From positions 1 through 64,000 of the forward strand of contig CAZWCX010000022.1 in assembly GCA_964632945.1 (NCBI GenBank): a stretch of 64,000 nucleotides of DNA. The letters run 5' to 3'. The position numbers and the translations under genes are program-made. The notes beneath the pieces are model-generated. The model worked only from the letters and a program-made list of their open reading frames with translations. It was not told the origin of the DNA and searched no databases. The first letter of the stretch is position 1. Every line of letters begins with the position of its first letter. The DNA comes from an uncultured Planctomycetia bacterium. GTDB taxonomy: Bacteria; Planctomycetota; MHYJ01; WSZJ01; CAZWCX01. Positions 56,441-64,000 of the stretch are shown here, piece after piece.

Positions 56441-57883
56441 TCAGCGCGTGCGTTTGCGCAGTTCCTCCAGGGCCGCCTGGAAGGTGGGGTCGCCGGCGCC
56501 TTCGTGCGCGACTTCGACGTCGGGGCGGATCCCGATGCCTTCGGGGGAGGTCCCGTCCGGGAGCAGATCCACCCAGCGGGAGAACCAGACCGAGACGCCG
56601 TTCGGCAGGTCGACCGGGGCCGGGTTGCCGCTCGAACCGCGCGTGGCGCGGCCGACCAGGGTCACGTGGGGGAGGGCGCGCATCATCTTGGCGAATCCCT
56701 CCCCGCTGCTCATACAGCGGGGACCGATCAGGCAGACGATCGGACGCGTGAACGAACCTTCCGACCGGGGCCCGATCCGCCGCTCGGGGCCGTCGACGAG
56801 GTCCCCCGCCCCGGGGCCGGACCGGAAGCGCGAGCGCGCGTAGACCCGGGTCGTATCGGTGAAGAAGGACGCGATGCGCTGGGCCCGGACCTCGTCGCCG
56901 CCTCCGTTGGCGCGCAGGTCCAGCAGGAAGCCCGGGGCGTCGAGGAGGCCGGCCAGGGCCGCCTCGATCTCGCGATACGGGGCGTCCTCGCCGCCCAGGG
57001 TTCCGATCGCCAGGCAGGCGAATCCCTCCGCGGTGCGGCCGATGAAGCCGACCTTGCCGAACTGGCGCACGTCCTTCAGGACCGACGAAACCGCGCGGTA
57101 GTTGAAATTGTCCTGCACCGCGTCCGTCCAGGTCGCGACTTGCCGTCCTTCGGGGTCGACGAGGAAGACGTGCAGGTCGCGCAGTTCGGCGAGCATCTCG
57201 CGGGCGGCCGCGATGAACTGCGGGACGTCCCCGGCCGCTTCGATCCGGGGCCGGTGGCGCTCGACGAGGGCCTGCGGATCGATGCCGCGGTGGGCGAAGT
57301 AGCTGTAGTGCCGGGTCAGGGCTTCCGCGAGCAACGCGAAACTCTCCCGGGGTTCGCAGGCGCGGAACGAGACGTCGCGCACCTCCATGCTTCCCATCTT
57401 CGACAGGAAGACGGTGACGGTCGCGGTGCGCGTCCCGAGCGGCGCGCGCGCGATCATGAGATCGGACGCCCAGTCGCGCGCGCGAACGTCCACGACCCGC
57501 AGGGCGAGTCGGTTTCCGGAGGCATCCTGGAATTGGACGCCGACGTACGCGTTCTCGTGCCCCCCCGGCTGGGCGCGCAGGTCGACGGCACGGGCCCGGA
57601 AGCCGAGCCGGTAGACGATCCCCGCCGACGCCGGGCAGGCCTGGGTCGCCATGCGCCAGACGCACGTTGCCGCGTCCCCGGAGAGTCGAAGCCCGCCCCC
57701 TTCTGCCCGGTCGACGATGGACTCCTTCCCCTGGCCCTTCATCGCGCCGATTTCGAGCGACCACGCGGTCGGGAGCGGACCCTGCCAGTCCGCGAAATCG
57801 CCGTTGCGGAGGGCGGACTCCTCACCCCAGGCCGCGACCGCAGCGAGGAAGGAGGCGACGACGAAACCCGCGAGCCTGATCAC
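56441..57883 (-). CDS. S41 family peptidase (C-terminal-processing/tail-specific protease-like) with N-terminal beta-sandwich domain
   Basis: Signal peptide. S41 hallmark …FLLDLRANGGGDE… and catalytic Ser context (…RCMSSGEGFA…). Confidence 0.7.
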   Translation of the reverse strand: MIRLAGFVVASFLAAVAAWGEESALRNGDFADWQGPLPTAWSLEIGAMKGQGKESIVDRAEGGGLRLSGDAATCVWRMATQACPASAGIVYRLGFRARAVDLRAQPGGHENAYVGVQFQDASGNRLALRVVDVRARDWASDLMIARAPLGTRTATVTVFLSKMGSMEVRDVSFRACEPRESFALLAEALTRHYSYFAHRGIDPQALVERHRPRIEAAGDVPQFIAAAREMLAELRDLHVFLVDPEGRQVATWTDAVQDNFNYRAVSSVLKDVRQFGKVGFIGRTAEGFACLAIGTLGGEDAPYREIEAALAGLLDAPGFLLDLRANGGGDEVRAQRIASFFTDTTRVYARSRFRSGPGAGDLVDGPERRIGPRSEGSFTRPIVCLIGPRCMSSGEGFAKMMRALPHVTLVGRATRGSSGNPAPVDLPNGVSVWFSRWVDLLPDGTSPEGIGIRPDVEVAHEGAGDPTFQAALEELRKRTR

Positions 57884-58024
57884 CGCGACACCTCTTGCTC
57901 GAGGACGGGGACAATCGGTCGTCCCGGATCGAGCGCCATGCTATCGCGCCTGCGCCGTGGCGCAATGAATCTTTGCCGGCCGAGGGAGCGCCCAAGGGCC
58001 GGGGCCGGGGGGGCGATTCGCACG

Positions 58025-58486
58025 CTACTCTGGTTCCGGCCGTCTTACGATCACCCGGGAGAAGCGCCCAATCGTGACGGTGTACTTCGCGTCCGGGGTC
58101 AGCGGGTCCCAGGGGTTGAAGAGGATGAATTCCGCGTATCTTCCGCCGGCGAGCCGGACCGAAAGCCCCGACCGGCGGCTCCGCAGCGCGACGGCGCCGG
58201 TCTCCGTCACCGACTTGCCGATGATCGCATCCGCGAACCCGCACCCGGCGGCCCAGGCGAGAAACAGGCCGAGCGAACCGAAGAGCAACGATGCCGGGAT
58301 CCTCATCAGCCAGGCGGCGTCGAGCGCCGACCAGACGGCGAGGCACGCGAAGGCGGCCGCCATCGTGGCCAGCAGAGCGGCTTTTGCGGCCAGCGCCAGC
58401 CGCCAGATCCCGGGGATCACGGTGTCCCGCCGGCGCGTCGGGGGGACCGCCCGGCGCCCACCGGGGACCCGGCCGCGGGCGCCCAT
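58025..58486 (-). CDS. Small membrane protein, possibly bacterial PH-domain (YdbS-like) family
   Basis: Two TM helices followed by ~70 soluble residues (…GKSVTETGAVALRSRRSGLSVRLAGGRYAEFILFNPWDPLTPDAKYTVTIG…). Start uncertain. Confidence 0.35.
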   Translation of the reverse strand: MGARGRVPGGRRAVPPTRRRDTVIPGIWRLALAAKAALLATMAAAFACLAVWSALDAAWLMRIPASLLFGSLGLFLAWAAGCGFADAIIGKSVTETGAVALRSRRSGLSVRLAGGRYAEFILFNPWDPLTPDAKYTVTIGRFSRVIVRRPEPE

Positions 58487-58703
58487 CGGGGCGGCGAGAG
58501 GGGGGCGAAGGCATCGGCCATGGCGGCTCCGGCGGAGGGGAGGTCGTGGGGATTCTACCCCGGCCCGGTGAGGGTGTGCAACGAGGGATGCGGATCCCGG
58601 CCGGCACGGGCTTCGGAGTCCCCCGCTTCCCCTTTTCCTTCCCTCCCGGGGTGAACTACCTCAGAATCCTGATTCCTCGCAGCCTCACTTGCGGAGTTTT
58701 TCC

Positions 58704-61238
<2,535 letters not shown>

Positions 61239-61591
61239 CGTCGCGGAGGCGGGATGTCCTGCCGGCCGGTGCGGCCGGTCGGGATCGGCGAACCCGCCCG
61301 GTGCGAAGGTGGGCAGGAAACGGCAAGAGGATTTTCCCCCAAAGGCGAGACGGCGAACTCCGAATAGACGGGTGGTCCGGGCGAAGATCCGCCCGGGGGC
61401 ACCGGGTTCCTTGCTCTTGCGGAGGTTGCCGTGACGATCGAGCCCAGTCTCGCGGGGCCGGAATGGGATTCCCTACCGGCGGAGGAGTGCCGGCGAATCG
61501 TGGGGGGCTGACCTCCGCCGGGATTCGGTCATTCGTTGGATGACGACATCATTCCAAAGCCGGTCTCCATTTCCCGGACGTGCAAGCCGTA

Positions 61592-61647
61592 CTAGTGGGG
61601 CTTCAACCTTGATTTCCCAGGTTGGTCCGGTCGCTTTTCGCGCCGGG
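61592..61647 (+). repeat. Dispersed ~55-nt repeat, copy C
   Basis: CTAGTGGGGCTTCAACCTTGATTTCCCAGGTTGGTCCGGTCGCTTTTCGCGCCGGG. The first 47 nt are identical to the reverse complement of 1..47. Confidence 0.8.
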
Positions 61648-61908
61648 CTTCGTTGCTCGTCGTCGGCGATGCACGGGGCATCGCCTCCTCCGCGCGCCTC
61701 GCCGGGCGCGAAAATCGCCTCGGCCGAACCTAGGATCTCAAGATTGAAGACCCACTGGCGGACTTCTCCAGATGCCGCTCGCGCGGCTTCCTGGAGAATC
61801 CGGGCCAGGGAACGCTTCGACCTGCCGCCGCCGACGCGCGTTTCGGGGTTCGTCGTCCGGAGAACCCTTCTCCGGTCCGGGGGGGCCGTTCGTCCACCGG
61901 GAGGTCGC

Positions 61909-62427
61909 ATGCGGAGTCTCTGCTACTCCTTCGCCATGAGTCTCGACGGTCGGATCGCCGGCCCCGCGGGAGAGCACGATTGGATCCCGGCGGATCCCGA
62001 CATCGACTTCGCCGGGTTGTTCGAGCGATTCGACACGATCCTCATGGGGCGGAAGACTTGGGACACGGCCCGGGCCCAGGGCGGCCCTCCCTTTCGCAAG
62101 AGGACCGTCGTCTTCTCGCGCACCCTCGATCCCGATCGCGCGGCGGGGGCCGAGGTGTCCCGCGATCCGCTTGCCACCGTGCGCGGGCTCAAGGAGGAGT
62201 CCGGAGGGGACCTCTGGCTCATGGGGGGCGGCGGCGTGTTTCGGGAATTGCTCGCGGCAGGCCTGGTGGACGAGGTCGAGGCTGCCGTGGTACCGATCCT
62301 GCTCGGGCAAGGCACGCCGTTCCTGCTTCCCGGCCCGGATGCGCGATTCCGTCTGGAACTCCACAATCTGACGCGCTACCCCAAGAGCGGGATCGTGCTC
62401 CTGCGGTACCGCGTTTTGGCCTCCTGA
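61909..62427 (+). CDS. Dihydrofolate reductase family protein (RibD C-terminal domain-like)
   Basis: GGGAGG RBS. …DLWLMGGGGVFRELLAAGLVDEVEAAVVPILLGQG… matches the DHFR-like/RibD_C fold. Confidence 0.7.
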   Translation: MRSLCYSFAMSLDGRIAGPAGEHDWIPADPDIDFAGLFERFDTILMGRKTWDTARAQGGPPFRKRTVVFSRTLDPDRAAGAEVSRDPLATVRGLKEESGGDLWLMGGGGVFRELLAAGLVDEVEAAVVPILLGQGTPFLLPGPDARFRLELHNLTRYPKSGIVLLRYRVLAS

Positions 62428-62593
62428 TCCCCGCGTGACCGGGTGCGATCTCCGCGGAGCCACGCTCCGATCCCAGGGGTCGCCTTGACCCGGTGTCCGA
62501 GGGATTGCTACAGTCCGGACTCTCACCTCGGCCGTCGTTCCGCCGCTCGATACGAATCGAGCCCGGGTTCCTGCGCTGGGGAAGAACCGGAGC

Positions 62594-64000
62594 ATGCCGC
62601 TGGACCAGGATCCCACCCGGTCGCTCGCCCCAGACACCGCGTCTCCGCGGATGGGGCCTTCCGCCGAGCGGCCCATGGCACCGATCGGTTCCCGGTCGAC
62701 CGAGGACCTGGGTCCCGCGCCGCACCTGCGCTATCGGTTGCTGGCCCCGCTCGGCGAAGGCGGGATGGGCGTCGTCTGGAAGGCGGAGGACACGAAGCTC
62801 GGCCGCATCGTGGCGCTCAAGAAGATCAAGGGCGACCCCGGCGACCGGGGGGTGGGTCTTCAGCGGTTCGTGCGCGAGGCGCAACTGGCCGCCCGGCTGA
62901 ATCATCCCGGGATCGTCGGCGTCTTCGACTGCGGGGAGATGGACGGTGCCTGCTTCATCACCATGGAGTACATCGAGGGCCGGACGTTTTCCGAGCTGCT
63001 CAAGGACACGAGAGCGGCGAAGGAGGCCGGCAAGCCGGAGGGCATGGCGCGTCTACGCGACGAGATCCGGCATCTCGCCGAGGTCGCCGAGGCCGTCGGC
63101 CATGCCCACCGGCAGGGGATCATCCACCGGGACCTCAAGCCCGGCAACATCATCCTGGATGCGAACGACCGTCCCCGCGTCATGGACTTCGGCCTGGCCA
63201 AGGAAGTCTCCCTGGAGGAGGGCAAGGGCTTCCGCGACGTGCAGGGGGCTCTGACGGTCCAGGGTGCGGTCGTGGGCACGCCCGCGTACATGAGTCCCGA
63301 ACAGGCGGACGCCCGGGTTGCGGACGTCGGTCCGGTCACCGATGTCTGGGCCCTGGGGGTGATCCTGTACGAGATCCTGACCGGGCGGCGCCCGTTCGGG
63401 GGCGCCACCCTCATCGACACGCTCGCTTCGGTCATGGCCGACGACCCGATTCCGCCGCGCAGTCGTTTTTCCCAGGTGCCGGTGGAACTGGAGGCGGTCT
63501 GCCTGCGGGCCCTCGAGAAACGCATCCACCGGCGGTATCCCAACGCCGGGTCCCTCGCCGAGGAACTCCGCGCCTGGCTGGCCGGCGAACCCGTCGCGGC
63601 CCGTCCGCTGGCGGGGACGGCCCGCCTTTGGCGCACCGCAAGACGGAATCGAACCGCGCTGAGCATCCTGACGGCGGTCCTCGCCGTCATGATCGCCTTG
63701 TCCTGGGGATGGGTCGCCCGGCGCGCGGCGACCCACCGGATGCGGCAGGTCCAGGACGAGATGGGCGCCACCGTGCAGGAGTTGCAGACCACGCTGATGA
63801 CGATCGAAATGCCGATTGCCGCCCGCGGCGCCCTCGCCCGACAACCCCTGAAGGTTCTGCACGCGCTGCTGGCCGCGGATCCCGACTTCGGCCCCGCCTA
63901 TTCGTGGCGGGGTCGCGTCTTCTCCCTGATCGGTCGCAACGAGGAGGCGGAGGCGGACTTCGACCGCGGGTGCTCCCTCTCGCCCGCCTCGGCGATCGTG
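62594..64000 (+). CDS. Ser/Thr protein kinase with TM helix and C-terminal TPR-like region (3'-partial, runs off window)
   Basis: Manually translated in frame; not in the ORF track because it is open-ended. Motifs GEGGMGVVWKAED, ALKKIK, HRDLKPGNII, DFGLAK, GTPAYMSPE; TM helix (ALSILTAVLAVMIALSWGWV). GGAG RBS. Confidence 0.8.
   Translation, partial: MPLDQDPTRSLAPDTASPRMGPSAERPMAPIGSRSTEDLGPAPHLRYRLLAPLGEGGMGVVWKAEDTKLGRIVALKKIKGDPGDRGVGLQRFVREAQLAARLNHPGIVGVFDCGEMDGACFITMEYIEGRTFSELLKDTRAAKEAGKPEGMARLRDEIRHLAEVAEAVGHAHRQGIIHRDLKPGNIILDANDRPRVMDFGLAKEVSLEEGKGFRDVQGALTVQGAVVGTPAYMSPEQADARVADVGPVTDVWALGVILYEILTGRRPFGGATLIDTLASVMADDPIPPRSRFSQVPVELEAVCLRALEKRIHRRYPNAGSLAEELRAWLAGEPVAARPLAGTARLWRTARRNRTALSILTAVLAVMIALSWGWVARRAATHRMRQVQDEMGATVQELQTTLMTIEMPIAARGALARQPLKVLHALLAADPDFGPAYSWRGRVFSLIGRNEEAEADFDRGCSLSPASAIV

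Noticed and set aside
61592-61647. Dispersed repeat as a tRNA or tmRNA fragment or an integration att site
   Set aside because: There is no T-loop (GGTTCGAATCC-like) or acceptor/CCA features. Three copies in unrelated contexts, all 3' of genes, fit a REP/3'-UTR element better than att sites of one mobile element.

Overview
This is a high-GC (~70%), gene-dense bacterial chromosomal segment with about 50 protein-coding genes on both strands. I found no rRNA, tRNA or CRISPR array by eye. All domain calls below are from reading the translations and are unverified. Many long ORFs in the supplied track are antisense or out-of-frame artefacts of the GC bias (Arg/Pro/Gly-rich) and were rejected. **Ordinary content:** a marR–membrane-fusion–RND efflux operon; an orphan Flp-type pilin; a polar amino-acid ABC transporter with fused binding-protein/permease; a P1B-type ATPase; an RbfA-like gene; two CPBP intramembrane proteases; methyltransferases; a small HD-domain hydrolase; tandem UspA; a GMC oxidoreductase; an LMF1-like protein; an S41 peptidase; glycogen phosphorylase; and a DHFR-family gene. 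**Unusual content:** (1) six eukaryotic-like Ser/Thr kinases in 64 kb. Two are fused through a TM helix to extracellular FGE-sulfatase-like domains that seem to lack the catalytic cysteine pair. One is a 1540-aa giant with about 1000 aa of TPR. Two carry MshEN-like (c-di-GMP-binding type) motif pairs at the N-terminus. (2) A standalone protein made of two MshEN/GspE_N domains. (3) A translationally coupled four-gene operon: TerB-like, zinc-ribbon/coiled-coil membrane protein, SPFH(Band-7)+DUF4339, and double-zinc-ribbon membrane protein. This is the best candidate for an undescribed membrane-stress or defence-type system. (4) A circularly permuted ATP-grasp gene paired with an App1-like phosphatase instead of its usual alpha-E/transglutaminase partners. 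(5) A CRTAC1-like (FG-GAP+ASPIC) gene fused to TlpA-like and TPR domains and interrupted by one in-frame TGA. (6) A secreted beta-propeller protein with about 10 DnaJ-like CxxCxGxG zinc-finger repeats. (7) An orphan ParA-like ATPase with a small coiled-coil membrane partner. (8) A ~55-nt dispersed repeat in three copies, each just 3' of a gene. The lineage guess, from gene content only, is Myxococcota- or Planctomycetota-like.
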